Positions 1 to 9,647 of a stretch of 64,000 bases of DNA are shown piece after piece. The position numbers were made by a program, and so were the translations under genes. The first letter of the stretch is position 1, and each line of letters opens with the position of its first letter. The DNA comes from an uncultured Chloroflexia bacterium. Lineage in GTDB: Bacteria > Chloroflexota > Limnocylindria > QHBO01. The notes under the pieces are model-generated. The model was given only the letters and a program-made list of their open reading frames with translations, was not told where the DNA came from and made no database searches. Where the stretch lies: NCBI GenBank assembly GCA_963814375.1, contig CAWFCQ010000004.1, forward strand, positions 192,001-256,000, read 5' to 3'.

Positions 1-589
1 GCCACTCGTCGGTCAGCCGGATGGCCGCGTGGAGCGCGTCCGGCAGCCCTGCGACCTCCTCGCGCAGCTCGGCGCTGGTATCCATCTCGGCGACAAGCGC
101 GGCCAGCACGGCCAGCTCCGCCACGTAGGTCTTCGTCGCCGGCACGGCGCGCTCGCGTCCGGCCCGGCATGGGAGGCCGAGCTCGGCGGCGAGCTCCAGC
201 GGCGAGCCTCGCTCGTTCGTGATCGCCAGCGTGAGCGCGCCCGAGCGCCGAGCCGCCTGGACCACGGCGATGATGTCGGGGCTCCGGCCGGACTGCGAGA
301 TGGCGAGCACAAGCCCGCCGCCCCAATCGATCGAGGCGCCGTAGATGGTGGTGACCGACGGCTTCACGAGCCCCGTGGGCACGCCGAGATGGCGCTCGAA
401 GAGGTACTGCGCGTAGACGGCGGCGTGGTCCGACGTTCCGCGGCCGGCGATCATGATCCAGCGGGGCCGCGCCGCGGTGATGGCATCCGCCACCGTGCGG
501 AGCTCGTCCGGCCTCGAGAGGACTCGCTGGACAGCCGCAGGGATCTGCCCGATCTCGCGGCGCATCCGCGTCGCCGGGCGACGGATCAC
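1..589 (-). CDS. SIS-domain sugar-phosphate isomerase/glucosamine-6-phosphate deaminase (partial, runs off window start)
   Basis: Not in the ORF track because it has no stop in the window. Manual translation from GTG 589 (overlaps the GH4 stop): MRREIGQIP..IAGRGTSDHAAVYAQY..LAISQSGRSPDI..AITN..ERAVPATKTY, typical GlmS-C/SIS motifs. Confidence 0.85.
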   Translation of the reverse strand, partial: MIRRPATRMRREIGQIPAAVQRVLSRPDELRTVADAITAARPRWIMIAGRGTSDHAAVYAQYLFERHLGVPTGLVKPSVTTIYGASIDWGGGLVLAISQSGRSPDIIAVVQAARRSGALTLAITNERGSPLELAAELGLPCRAGRERAVPATKTYVAELAVLAALVAEMDTSAELREEVAGLPDALHAAIRLTDEW

Positions 590-1863
590 CGCACGGCGTC
601 GAAACGGGGAAGGTAGGCGCGGTTCGCCTCCAGCAGCGCATCGAGGAGCGGGCCGACGTCGCCGATCCGCGGTCCGACGAGCGGATGCGCGCTGAGCGCC
701 GCGCGGACGTCCTCGCGATCGCCGCTGAGCGCTGCCCTGATGGCCAGCCGCTCGAATGCCTTCACCTCGCGCACGAGGTCGAGCATCGCCGGCGGCATCG
801 GAGGCTGCGTGATCGGGTGCGCGCCGTCGCGATCGATGTGGGATGCGATCTCGACCACGTCGTCGGGGTCCAGCTCGGCCACCGCCTCACCGTTACGGAC
901 GTCGACGACCTGGACGTCACCGGTGCCGTCGTGCAGGGAGGCGAGCAGCCGCGCCGCGGCCTCGCTGTACCAGGCGCCACCGCGGTTTTCGAGGAGGCTC
1001 GGCTTGGTGTCGAGGGTCGGGTCGGCGTACATCTCCAGCAGCTGCCGCTCGAGGTCCATCACCTCCTCTGCGCGGCGGTAGCCACCTCGCTGCTCCGCGA
1101 GGACCTCGTCGAAGCGGTAGAAGTAGCGCAGGTAGTAGGAGGGCACCGCGCCGAGCTCGCGCACCAGCTCGACCGGAAGGTGCAGGTCCTCCGCGATCGA
1201 CGCGGCATGTCCGTCCAGCAGCTCGGGCAGCCGATCCTGCCCGTTGTCGTTCACGGCGGTGATCCAGCTCAGATGGTTGAGCCCAACGTGTCGAAGCTGG
1301 AGCCGATCCGGGTCGATTCCGAGCCGCTCAGCCATCGCGCGCTGAAGCGTGATCGCGACGTTGCAGAGCCCGATCGCCCGATGGCCCGCGTCGATGAGCG
1401 CCTGCGTCACGATGCCGACCGGGTTCGTGAAGTCGACGATCCAGGCATCCGGCGCAGCACGCCGGTGTGTCAGCTCGGCCAGATCGAGCACCACCGGTAC
1501 CGTCCGCAGCGCCTTCGCCAGCCCGCCTGCGCCGGTGGTCTCCTGGCCGATCGTGCCGAAGCGAAGGGGAAGCGTCTCGTCGGTGAGCCGCGCCGCCTGA
1601 CCGCCGATCCGAAGCTGGATGAGCACGAAGCTGGCGCCGTCGATGGCGGCCTCCGCGTCGCCGGTCAGGGTCAGGGTCCCCGGCCACTCGAGACGGGTGA
1701 GCATGCGCCGAGCCAGGCCGCCCACGACCGTCCGACGCTCTTCGTCGATGTCGTGGAGCACAAGCTCGTCGATCGGCAATCGATCGCGACGACTCGCGAG
1801 GCCCTCCACGAGCTCCGGGGTGTACGTGCTGCCGCCGCCGATGACCGCGACCTTGATCCCCAT
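586..1863 (-). CDS. GH4 6-phospho-beta-glucosidase (LicH/ChbF-like)
   Basis: IGGGSTYTPE, GQETTGAGG, DFTNPVGIVT, GLCN, GLNHLSW, RGGAWYS motifs. Confidence 0.92.
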   Translation of the reverse strand: MGIKVAVIGGGSTYTPELVEGLASRRDRLPIDELVLHDIDEERRTVVGGLARRMLTRLEWPGTLTLTGDAEAAIDGASFVLIQLRIGGQAARLTDETLPLRFGTIGQETTGAGGLAKALRTVPVVLDLAELTHRRAAPDAWIVDFTNPVGIVTQALIDAGHRAIGLCNVAITLQRAMAERLGIDPDRLQLRHVGLNHLSWITAVNDNGQDRLPELLDGHAASIAEDLHLPVELVRELGAVPSYYLRYFYRFDEVLAEQRGGYRRAEEVMDLERQLLEMYADPTLDTKPSLLENRGGAWYSEAAARLLASLHDGTGDVQVVDVRNGEAVAELDPDDVVEIASHIDRDGAHPITQPPMPPAMLDLVREVKAFERLAIRAALSGDREDVRAALSAHPLVGPRIGDVGPLLDALLEANRAYLPRFDAVR

Positions 1864-1880
1864 CAGCGCCTCACAGGGTA

Positions 1881-1908
1881 TTGACAGATTGCTTATAACG
1901 TTATGAGC
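1881..1908. promoter_or_regulatory. TTGACA -35 plus 18-bp near-palindrome GCTTATAACGTTATGAGC; putative GntR operator in the divergent promoter region
   Basis: AT-rich dyad at 1891-1908 (one mismatched pair) between GH4 and GntR; TTGACA at 1881-1886. Confidence 0.65.
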
Positions 1909-1964
1909 AGCCGATGGTCAACCCCATCTGGGATGTCCGACCATGGCCGAGCACGAGGGTCTGC

Positions 1965-2822
1965 ATGGCGCGGTTCCAACTGGAGCGGGGGCCGATTCCG
2001 CTCCACCACCAGGTCTTCCGCGACCTCACGGCGTCGCTCGATTCGGGCGAATGGCGACCGGGCGACCGAGTGCCGACGGAGCGCGAGCTGGCCGAGCGCT
2101 ACGGCTGCAGCCTCATCACCGTGCGCCACGCCCTCGGCGAGCTCGTCCGCGAGGGCCGGATCGAACGCATTCGTGGGCGCGGGACCTACGTCCTCCAGCC
2201 CCGCATCGACCGGGACATCGCCGGCACGATGAGCTTCGCCGAGGAGATGCGACGACGGGGGCTCGACCCTGCCACCCGGGTCATCACCGCCCGGATCGAG
2301 CCCGCCGGCGAGGCCATCGGAGCGCAGCTGGGGATCGCCCAGGACGCGCCGGTCGCCTACCTAGAGCGCGTCCGCCTCGGCGGCGGCGAGCCGATGATCC
2401 TGGAGCAGGCGCGTCTGCCCGCCGAACGCTTCCCCGGCCTTCTCGCATTCGACTTCGAGCACCGCTCGCTGTATGACGTCCTCTCCGATAAATACGCCAC
2501 TCGCATCATGCGCGCGCGGGAAACCGTCGAGCCGGTGATGCTGAAGCGCCGCGAAGCCGATCTGCTCGAGCTTCCGACGCGCGCCCTGGCGCTCCAGATC
2601 ACCGGCGTCGCCCACGCGGTCGACGGCACCCCCGTCGAAGCGGCGCGCAGCTTCGTGCGCGGCGATCGCACCCGCTATTACCTCGAGCGCGATGTCATCC
2701 GCGCGCATTGGATCGAGACCGCAACCCCGGAACGCATGCGCGTCGCGGTGGCCGGAGTCGGTCGCCGTGAGCAGGATCCCCCGCCCGGGGGAGAGGAGGG
2801 GAGCGGCTGGACGAACGATTGA
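1965..2822 (+). CDS. GntR/HutC-family regulator (wHTH + UTRA; NagR/DasR-like)
   Basis: PTERELAERYGCSLITVRHALGELVREGRIERIRGRGTYV; UTRA C-terminus; start may be 1914. Confidence 0.92.
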   Translation: MARFQLERGPIPLHHQVFRDLTASLDSGEWRPGDRVPTERELAERYGCSLITVRHALGELVREGRIERIRGRGTYVLQPRIDRDIAGTMSFAEEMRRRGLDPATRVITARIEPAGEAIGAQLGIAQDAPVAYLERVRLGGGEPMILEQARLPAERFPGLLAFDFEHRSLYDVLSDKYATRIMRARETVEPVMLKRREADLLELPTRALALQITGVAHAVDGTPVEAARSFVRGDRTRYYLERDVIRAHWIETATPERMRVAVAGVGRREQDPPPGGEEGSGWTND

Positions 2823-2857
2823 GGGCGTTTGGTGGTTCATCCTTTTGGAGGAGAGAT

Positions 2858-4300
2858 ATGCGGAGCACCGTCCTACGATTTGGCTCGTTCCTGGTAGTCC
2901 TGGCGCTGGTCCTCGCGGCCTGCGGCGGGTCGGGCACAGCGTCCGAGGAGCCGGAGGGAAGCGAGCCCGCCAGCAGCGAGCCGGCGACCGGCGAGGCCGT
3001 CGAGATTCGCTGGTTCTGCTGCATCGGTACGGGTGACAATGTCGAGACCCAGGTCCCGACCGAGGAGGCCGTGGTTGCGGCCTTCAACGAGGAGCACGAC
3101 GACATCGAGCTCGTGTTCGAGATGATCGACTACGACGAGGCATACGATGTGCTGGCGACCCAGATCGCGGGTGGGAATCCGCCCGATATCCTGGGCCCGG
3201 CCGGCGGCACTGCAGCGGCCGCATTCGAGGGTGAGTGGCTCGACCTGACCGACGTCATCGAGTCGTCGGGGCATGACCTGACGCAGTACGCGCCGGGGTC
3301 GGTCGAGTTCTACCAGGTCGAGGGGCAGGGCCAGGTCGGCCTGCCGTTCGCTACCTTCCCATCGATTCTGTTCTACCACCGGGCGATGTTCGACGAGGCC
3401 GGCCTCGAGTACCCGCCGCAGGCCTACGGTGAGCCGTACGTCCTCGATGGCGCGGAGGTGGAGTGGAACTTCGACACGCTCCGAGAGCTCGCCAAGCGGC
3501 TGACCGTTGACATCAACGGCAACGACGCGACGAGCCCGGACTTCGATCCGGAGTCGGTCGAGCAGTACGGATACGACCCGATCTACCAGGATGCCCGAGC
3601 CATTGGCTCCTACTTCGGGGCTGGCACTCTAGTCGCCGAGGACGGGACAACCGCCCAGATTCCGGATCCATGGCGCGACGCCTGGACCTGGCATTACGAG
3701 AACGTCTGGACCGAGCACGTGACGATGGACCAGGCGCTGCTCGATGCGCCCGAGTTCGGCAACGGGAACCCGTTCAACGCGGGGCGAGCAGCGATGGCGC
3801 TCTCGCACACCTGGTTTATCGGGTCGACCACCCCGCTTGACGAGGAAGACAACCCGATCGATCCCGATTGGGACATCGCAGTCGTGCCGTCGAACGGCGG
3901 CGTGACGACGGCGAACTTCAACGCCGACACCTTCCGCATCTGGGGCGACACCGAGCATCCGGAAGAGGCGTTCACGGTCCTGGAGTACCTGATCGGCGAC
4001 GCGTCGGCGGACCTGCTCGGCATCTACGGCGGCATGCCCGCCCGGACCGCCGACCAGGATCAGTTCTTCGCCGACCTCGACGAGCGATGGACGCAGGGCG
4101 TCAACTGGCAGGTCGCCAGGGACGGCACTGAGTTCGCGGACAACCCGAGCTTCGAGGCCTGGGTGCCGAACTACCAGGAGACCCTGGCATCGATCGTCAC
4201 CTGGGGTAACACGATGCGCACCGATGGCACACTGACCATCGATGCGGCTATCGACGACTTCCAGGCAGAGCTACAGGCCATCTTCGATGCCGCGGAGTAG
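2858..4300 (+). CDS. Sugar ABC transporter substrate-binding lipoprotein
   Basis: GGAGGA RBS; lipobox LAAC; family 1 SBP features; followed by two permeases. Confidence 0.9.
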   Translation: MRSTVLRFGSFLVVLALVLAACGGSGTASEEPEGSEPASSEPATGEAVEIRWFCCIGTGDNVETQVPTEEAVVAAFNEEHDDIELVFEMIDYDEAYDVLATQIAGGNPPDILGPAGGTAAAAFEGEWLDLTDVIESSGHDLTQYAPGSVEFYQVEGQGQVGLPFATFPSILFYHRAMFDEAGLEYPPQAYGEPYVLDGAEVEWNFDTLRELAKRLTVDINGNDATSPDFDPESVEQYGYDPIYQDARAIGSYFGAGTLVAEDGTTAQIPDPWRDAWTWHYENVWTEHVTMDQALLDAPEFGNGNPFNAGRAAMALSHTWFIGSTTPLDEEDNPIDPDWDIAVVPSNGGVTTANFNADTFRIWGDTEHPEEAFTVLEYLIGDASADLLGIYGGMPARTADQDQFFADLDERWTQGVNWQVARDGTEFADNPSFEAWVPNYQETLASIVTWGNTMRTDGTLTIDAAIDDFQAELQAIFDAAE

Positions 4301-4322
4301 GAACCCGGCATAGGTCAAAAAT

Positions 4323-4353
4323 GGGCCCGCCCGCCTGCGTGGCGGGTGGGCCC
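4323..4353 (+). other. Intercistronic stem-loop after the SBP gene (mRNA stabiliser/attenuator)
   Basis: GGGCCCGCCCGCC-TGCGT-GGCGGGTGGGCCC, 13-bp stem with no U-tract. Confidence 0.6.
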
Positions 4354-4390
4354 AGCCCTCAACTCACTCGATCGAGGTTCAAGTCAGCCG

Positions 4391-5344
4391 ATGTCGATCG
4401 TGGAGCTCGAGACGACCCGCGTGCCGGACGCCGGCGAGCCCCGGTTCAGCCTGGCGCGCATGGAAGCGATCTGGGGATACCTCTTCATCTCCCCCTGGAT
4501 CCTCGGTTTCGTCTTTCTGACGGCGATCCCCATGCTGGCCACGCTCGTCTTCACCTTCACCAACGTCTCGCTCGCCGGCGACGAGCCGCTCCGGTTCGTG
4601 GGGCTCGAGAACTACGAGCAGATGTTCGGCGATCCGCGCACGTGGGACGCGCTCGGCGTCACCCTCCGGTTCGCGGCAATTGCGCTGCCGATCGGGGTGC
4701 TCGTGCCGTTCGCGGTCGCCCTCATGTTGAACAGCAAGTCGCTGCGTGGGTCGCGCTACTTCCAGGCACTCTTCTTCATGCCATTCGTCATCCCGTTCGT
4801 GGCCGCGCTGTTCGCGTGGGCCGGCATGCTCAATCCGCAGACCGGCTGGATCAACGGGCTCCTGGGACTCCTCGGCGTCGAGGGGGTGGATTGGCTCAAC
4901 GATCCAACCTGGATCTTCCCGTCGCTGGTCCTCATCGGGATCTGGGGCATCGGGAGCGCGATCATCATCAACATCGCCGGCCTGCAGAACGTGCCGAGCG
5001 AGCTCTACGACGCGGCCCGCGTCGACGGAGCCGGCTGGTGGGGCCAGCTGCGCCACGTGACCCTCCCGCTCATGTCTCCCGTCATCTTCTACAGCGTCAC
5101 GCTCACGACGATCGGCGTGCTCCAGTACTTCCTCGTGCCCCTCGTCCTCAACGGCGGGGACGGCCGTCCGGCCGGGACCACGTACTTCATGAACGTCCAC
5201 ATCTACAAGACGTTCTTCACGTTCCAGGACATGTCGGCCGGCGCGACGCTGGCCTGGTTCCTGTTCCTCATCATCCTCGCGTGCACGCTCTTCCTGTTCT
5301 GGAGCGCGCGCCATTGGGTCTACTACGCGGGGGATACGAAGTAG
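4391..5344 (+). CDS. Carbohydrate ABC transporter permease (MalF-like)
   Basis: GYLFISPWILGF; EAA loop LYDAARVDGAG. Confidence 0.92.
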   Translation: MSIVELETTRVPDAGEPRFSLARMEAIWGYLFISPWILGFVFLTAIPMLATLVFTFTNVSLAGDEPLRFVGLENYEQMFGDPRTWDALGVTLRFAAIALPIGVLVPFAVALMLNSKSLRGSRYFQALFFMPFVIPFVAALFAWAGMLNPQTGWINGLLGLLGVEGVDWLNDPTWIFPSLVLIGIWGIGSAIIINIAGLQNVPSELYDAARVDGAGWWGQLRHVTLPLMSPVIFYSVTLTTIGVLQYFLVPLVLNGGDGRPAGTTYFMNVHIYKTFFTFQDMSAGATLAWFLFLIILACTLFLFWSARHWVYYAGDTK

Positions 5345-6448
5345 ATGGCGACCGACTCCGAGCTGCTGGCCGCTCCTCCCGTCCAGGCCTACGACACAGA
5401 GCGGGTCGCGCGCCGACCCGTGGACCGGCGTGGCATCCTGCGCTCGTTCGGTGTCACGTTCTTCGCCGTGGTGGTCCTCGCCGCCTTTCTCTCGCCGCTG
5501 CTCCGAACCACGGTGATGGCGTTGAAGACGCCGGAGCAGATCGGCGCCACGAACGCCCCGTTCTGGCCCGCGACGCCGTCGACGTTCGAGTACGAGGGCG
5601 AGGTGCTCGACGTCTATATCGTCCCGATGCCGGACGGCACATCGCCCGAGCTCGCGCTTCTCCAGCCCGGACGGCAGACGAGCACGTTCGTCGATCCGGC
5701 TAACCCCGATGCCGAGGCGATCACATGGGAGGGCTCGTGGCGCGTGCTCGAACGGCCCTGGGCGCTCGACGCGCATTGGGAAAACTTCGGCGAGGCGTGG
5801 ACGATCATCGACTTCCCCCTCCTCATCCGCAACACCGCGCTGCTGGCCGTCATCGGCACCCTTGGGACGTTGCTCTCGTGCGTGTCGGTGGCGTACGGCT
5901 TCTCGCGATTCCGGTTCCGCGGCCGCAACGTCCTCTTCCTCATCCTGCTGGCGACGATCTTCCTTCCAGTGACTGTCACCCTCATTCCCACGTACACGAT
6001 CTTCGTCAAGCTCGGCTGGGTGGGCACCTGGCTCCCGCTCCTGGTGCCGGCGTTCTTCGCGAACGCGTATGACGTCTTCCTGCTGCGGCAATACTTCATG
6101 ACGCTGCCGCGCGAGCTGGACGATGCGGCCAAGATCGATGGAGCCGGCCCGTTCCGGATCCTGTGGTCCGTGATCCTCCCGCAGTCGTGGGCAGTGATCG
6201 TGGCTGTCGCGGTGTTCCACATCGTCTACACCTGGAACCTGTACTTCGAGCCGCTGCTCTACCTGTCTTCGAAGCCTGATCTCCAGCCGATCGCCACCGG
6301 CCTGGCGCAGTTCAACAGCCGCTATGCGCAGCAGGTGGAGCTGGTCCAAGCGGCCACGCTCATGACGATCGTGATCCCGATGGTGATCTTCTTCATGGCC
6401 CAGCGCTTCTTCATGCGCGGCATCGTCATCACCGGTGTGGAGAAGTGA
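5345..6448 (+). CDS. Carbohydrate ABC transporter permease (MalG-like)
   Basis: LPRELDDAAKIDGAG; C-terminal FFMAQRFFMRGI. Confidence 0.92.
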   Translation: MATDSELLAAPPVQAYDTERVARRPVDRRGILRSFGVTFFAVVVLAAFLSPLLRTTVMALKTPEQIGATNAPFWPATPSTFEYEGEVLDVYIVPMPDGTSPELALLQPGRQTSTFVDPANPDAEAITWEGSWRVLERPWALDAHWENFGEAWTIIDFPLLIRNTALLAVIGTLGTLLSCVSVAYGFSRFRFRGRNVLFLILLATIFLPVTVTLIPTYTIFVKLGWVGTWLPLLVPAFFANAYDVFLLRQYFMTLPRELDDAAKIDGAGPFRILWSVILPQSWAVIVAVAVFHIVYTWNLYFEPLLYLSSKPDLQPIATGLAQFNSRYAQQVELVQAATLMTIVIPMVIFFMAQRFFMRGIVITGVEK

Positions 6449-7107
6449 CCGACGCCCTGAGGGTCGCTCTCACCTTCGACGCCGAGCACCCCGATCGTCC
6501 GCACCACGGCGAGAACGCGGCCTGGGTCCTCGACGAGCTCCGTCGCCTCCTGGTGCGCGCCACCGTTTTCCTCCAGGGCCGGTGGGTGGAGGCCAACCCC
6601 GATCTGGCCGCCCGAGTCGCCGATGAGGGCCACCTCGTCGGAAACCACTCCTTCTACCACGCCCGCATGCCGCTGCTCAGCCCCGACGGCTTCGCGGAGG
6701 ACGTGCGCGAGGCGGAGCGCGCGATCCGCGAGGCGACGGGCGTCGATCCGCGGCCATGGCTGCGCTTCCCGTTCGGCGCCGGCGCCGATGCCAGCGAGCT
6801 GGTGGATCGGCTGCCCGCACTCGGATATCGCCACATCGGGTGGGATGTCGAGGTCTACGAGTGGGATCCGGGTCGAACGGCCCACGAGATCGCGATGCGC
6901 GCGGTCGATGGCGTGGCCGCCCATGGGGACGGTGCCATCGTGCTCCTCCACACGTGGCCCGACCCCGTGGCTCCGGCGCTCGCCGAAATCGTCGAGGTGC
7001 TGCGCGAGCGAGGTGCCAGCTTCGTCGGCGTCGACGAGCTCGGCCTCGCCAAGGATCTGAGCCCCGTCGCCGCGCCGCGGCCGCCGGTGACCGCCGCTAC
7101 CACGTGA
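6445..7107 (+). CDS. Polysaccharide deacetylase (CE4/NodB)
   Basis: LTFDAE, GNHSFYH, RFPFG, IVLLH motifs. Confidence 0.88.
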   Translation: MTDALRVALTFDAEHPDRPHHGENAAWVLDELRRLLVRATVFLQGRWVEANPDLAARVADEGHLVGNHSFYHARMPLLSPDGFAEDVREAERAIREATGVDPRPWLRFPFGAGADASELVDRLPALGYRHIGWDVEVYEWDPGRTAHEIAMRAVDGVAAHGDGAIVLLHTWPDPVAPALAEIVEVLRERGASFVGVDELGLAKDLSPVAAPRPPVTAATT

Positions 7108-8093
7108 GCCGCGGTCGCCCGGCCGTCCTCGCCGTCGACGGCGGTAATTCCAAGATCGACCTCGCCCTCGTCTCGCGCGGCGGCGACCTCCTGGCGCTGG
7201 TCACCGGCCCGACCATCTCGCACCAGCAGGTGCCGATGGAGGTGGCGATCGACCGCCTCAGGGCCATGACCGATGAGGCGGCGAAGCAGGCGGGGGTCCG
7301 CGGGCGGCCCGGGATCGGATCCTTCTGCGTTGCGGGCGCGGACTTCCCGACGGACGTCCGGCTCCTGGTCGGGGCGCTGGATGCCGCCGAGGTCGCCGAT
7401 CGGATCAGTGTCCGCAACGACGCCTTCGCCGCGCTGCGGGCAGGCGCGCCGAAGGGATGGGGAGTTGTCGTGATCTGCGGCGCCGGGGTCAATGCGGCGG
7501 GGCTCGGGCCTGACGGGCGCACGGCGCGGCTGGCCGGGATGGGACCGACGTCGGGTGACTGGGGCGGCGGGCACGGCATCGGAATGGAGGCCCTCGGCGC
7601 GGCGGTTCGGGCCCGCGACGGACGCGGAGCCATGACGGTCCTCGCGCACCGCGTACCCGAGCGGTTCGGCCTGAAGCGGCCCAGCGACGTGACCCAGGCG
7701 ATCTACGACGGGCGGCTGGGCGACCGAAGCCTCGAGGATCTGGCGCCGCTCGTCTTCGAGACTGCGGCTGCGGGCGATGCGGTGGCTCGCCGGATTGTGG
7801 ACCGCCTGGCGGACGAGCTGGCCGTCATGGCCGTCGCGATCATCCGCCGGCTGCGGGTCGTGCGGGACGAGGTCGACGTGGTCCTGGCGGGGGGCGTCTT
7901 CCGGACCACGGATGGTGCGTTTCACCAGCGGATCGAGGAGCGCATCCTCGCACGTGTTCCCCGCGCGCGGGTCGCTCGTCTGACCGCGCGCCCGGTCCTC
8001 GGCGCGGCGCTGCTCGGCCTGGACGACCTGGGCGTGAAGGCCGGCGGGGCGGCCGAGCGTCGGCTGCGGCGGGAGTTTGCGTCCCGCGCCTGA
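7104..8093 (+). CDS. BadF/BadG-type N-acetylglucosamine kinase
   Basis: AVDGGNSKID, NDAFAAL, ICGAGVN, GDWGGG; GTG start overlaps the upstream stop. Confidence 0.85.
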   Translation: MSRGRPAVLAVDGGNSKIDLALVSRGGDLLALVTGPTISHQQVPMEVAIDRLRAMTDEAAKQAGVRGRPGIGSFCVAGADFPTDVRLLVGALDAAEVADRISVRNDAFAALRAGAPKGWGVVVICGAGVNAAGLGPDGRTARLAGMGPTSGDWGGGHGIGMEALGAAVRARDGRGAMTVLAHRVPERFGLKRPSDVTQAIYDGRLGDRSLEDLAPLVFETAAAGDAVARRIVDRLADELAVMAVAIIRRLRVVRDEVDVVLAGGVFRTTDGAFHQRIEERILARVPRARVARLTARPVLGAALLGLDDLGVKAGGAAERRLRREFASRA

Positions 8094-8137
8094 CCGGTGT
8101 CGCGGGACGGGGTCGACGATGGGCTAGGCTCTGCGCC

Positions 8138-9337
8138 GTGCCGAAAGGAGAGAAGCTTCATGGCGTCGAGCTGACCAATCTCGACCAGCCGCTCTTCGAG
8201 AACGCCGGAGCGACGAAGCGAGACCTGGTCGAGTATCTCGACGCCGTCCACGACAGGATCCTGCCCGAGCTGGTGGACCGGCCGCTCTCGGTGATCCGGG
8301 TGCATCGTGGCCAGGAAGCCTTCATGCAGAAGAACCTGCCGCGCTACACCCCGGACTGGGTGCGGAGGACTCGCCTCTGGTCGGAGTCCTCGCGGCGCGA
8401 TGTCGACTATGCGCTGTGCAACGACAGGCGAACCCTCATCTGGTTCGCCAACCAGCGGGCGGTGGAGTATCACCCGACCCTCGTGCGGGCGGATCGCCCC
8501 GAGAGCCCGACGCATCTTGTCATCGATCTCGATCCACCCGGCGCCGATGCCTTTGCCATGGCGGCGCGCGCCGCTCACCTCGTGCGCGCGGCGCTGGCCG
8601 AGGAGGGCCTCGAGGGCGCAGTGAAGACGAGCGGATCGAAGGGGCTGCACATCTACGTGCCGCTCCATGGACCCTCGATGGCCGACGTCGCGGCTGCGAC
8701 TCGCGCGATCGCTCAGCGCGCGGCCAACCTGGATCCCGACATCGCCACAACGGCGTTCATGAAGGAGGATCGGGGCGGGAGGGTCTTCGTCGACGCGACG
8801 CGCGTGGGCTGGGCCTCGGTCGTGTCCGCATACAGCCCTCGCGCGCGGCCAGGCGTGCCGGTGTCGTTCCCTGTGGGGTGGGAGCACCTCGACGATGTCT
8901 CGCCGGGCGAGTTCACCATCCATACCGCCGTCGCGCAGCTTGGCGATGGCGACCCGTGGGCGGCGCAGCTGCCGCCGCCGCAGCGGCTGAGCGCATCACT
9001 GATCGAGGAAGGCGCATCGATTCCCGGGGGCCGGGTGCAGGCGATGCACGAGGGCAAGCGTCGTGCTCGTGCCGCCAGGAGCGATCGACGATCGTCCGGC
9101 GCGGATAGTTCTCCTACATATTGTGGTATTGTCCGCGAGGGTACCACCACTGGTATAGGAGGACGGATCCGGCATGCGATGTCCACGCTGCGAGGAAACC
9201 GGGACGCGAGTCATCGACTCCCGCGACCTCGAGGCCGGCAGCACGATCCGCCGCAGGCGCGAGTGCGAGGCCTGCTCGTACCGGTTCACGACCTACGAGC
9301 GGCCCGAGGGCGCCCGGCTTGTCGTCGTCAAGCGTGA
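8138..9337 (+). CDS. Stand-alone LigD polymerase domain (Prim-Pol) protein; true 3' end probably near 9100
   Basis: LTNLDQPLF, FMQKN, EYHP, DLDP, KTSGSKGLHIYVP, YSPRARPG; the ORF tail overlaps nrdR. Confidence 0.85.
   Translation: MPKGEKLHGVELTNLDQPLFENAGATKRDLVEYLDAVHDRILPELVDRPLSVIRVHRGQEAFMQKNLPRYTPDWVRRTRLWSESSRRDVDYALCNDRRTLIWFANQRAVEYHPTLVRADRPESPTHLVIDLDPPGADAFAMAARAAHLVRAALAEEGLEGAVKTSGSKGLHIYVPLHGPSMADVAAATRAIAQRAANLDPDIATTAFMKEDRGGRVFVDATRVGWASVVSAYSPRARPGVPVSFPVGWEHLDDVSPGEFTIHTAVAQLGDGDPWAAQLPPPQRLSASLIEEGASIPGGRVQAMHEGKRRARAARSDRRSSGADSSPTYCGIVREGTTTGIGGRIRHAMSTLRGNRDASHRLPRPRGRQHDPPQARVRGLLVPVHDLRAARGRPACRRQA
9112..9127. promoter_or_regulatory. Putative NrdR box
   Basis: TCCTACATATTGTGGT resembles the NrdR consensus; 46 bp upstream of nrdR. 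Confidence 0.65.
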
Positions 9338-9635
9338 CGGCAGCCGCCAGGAGTTCGATCGCGAGAAGCTGCGTGCCGGTCTGCTCAAGGCGCTCCAGAA
9401 GCGGCCGGTGACGATCGACCGGGTCGAGGCCGCGGTGGACGAGATCGAGGCCACGTTGCGCGGGCGGACCGACGCCGAGGTGCCGTCGACCGAGATCGGA
9501 CGCCTCGCCACCGATGCCCTCAAGGAGCTCGACCAGCTCGCCTACATCCGGTTCGCATCGGTCTATCACGCCTACGACGACATCGAGACGCTGCAGCGCG
9601 AGGTCGATCGGCTGATCCGACAGCGCCCCGAGTAA
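9174..9635 (+). CDS. nrdR: Transcriptional repressor NrdR
   Basis: MRCPRC..VIDSR..IRRRRECEAC..RFTTYE, ATP cone, AYIRFASVY. Confidence 0.97.
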   Translation: MRCPRCEETGTRVIDSRDLEAGSTIRRRRECEACSYRFTTYERPEGARLVVVKRDGSRQEFDREKLRAGLLKALQKRPVTIDRVEAAVDEIEATLRGRTDAEVPSTEIGRLATDALKELDQLAYIRFASVYHAYDDIETLQREVDRLIRQRPE

Positions 9636-9647
9636 GATCAGCGCCAC

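Noticed and set aside
4379-6349. Long antisense and alternate-frame ORFs (also 27650-29533, 30477-32657, 55697-57760)
   Set aside because: Shadow ORFs of real genes, expected in high-GC DNA; no recognisable motifs
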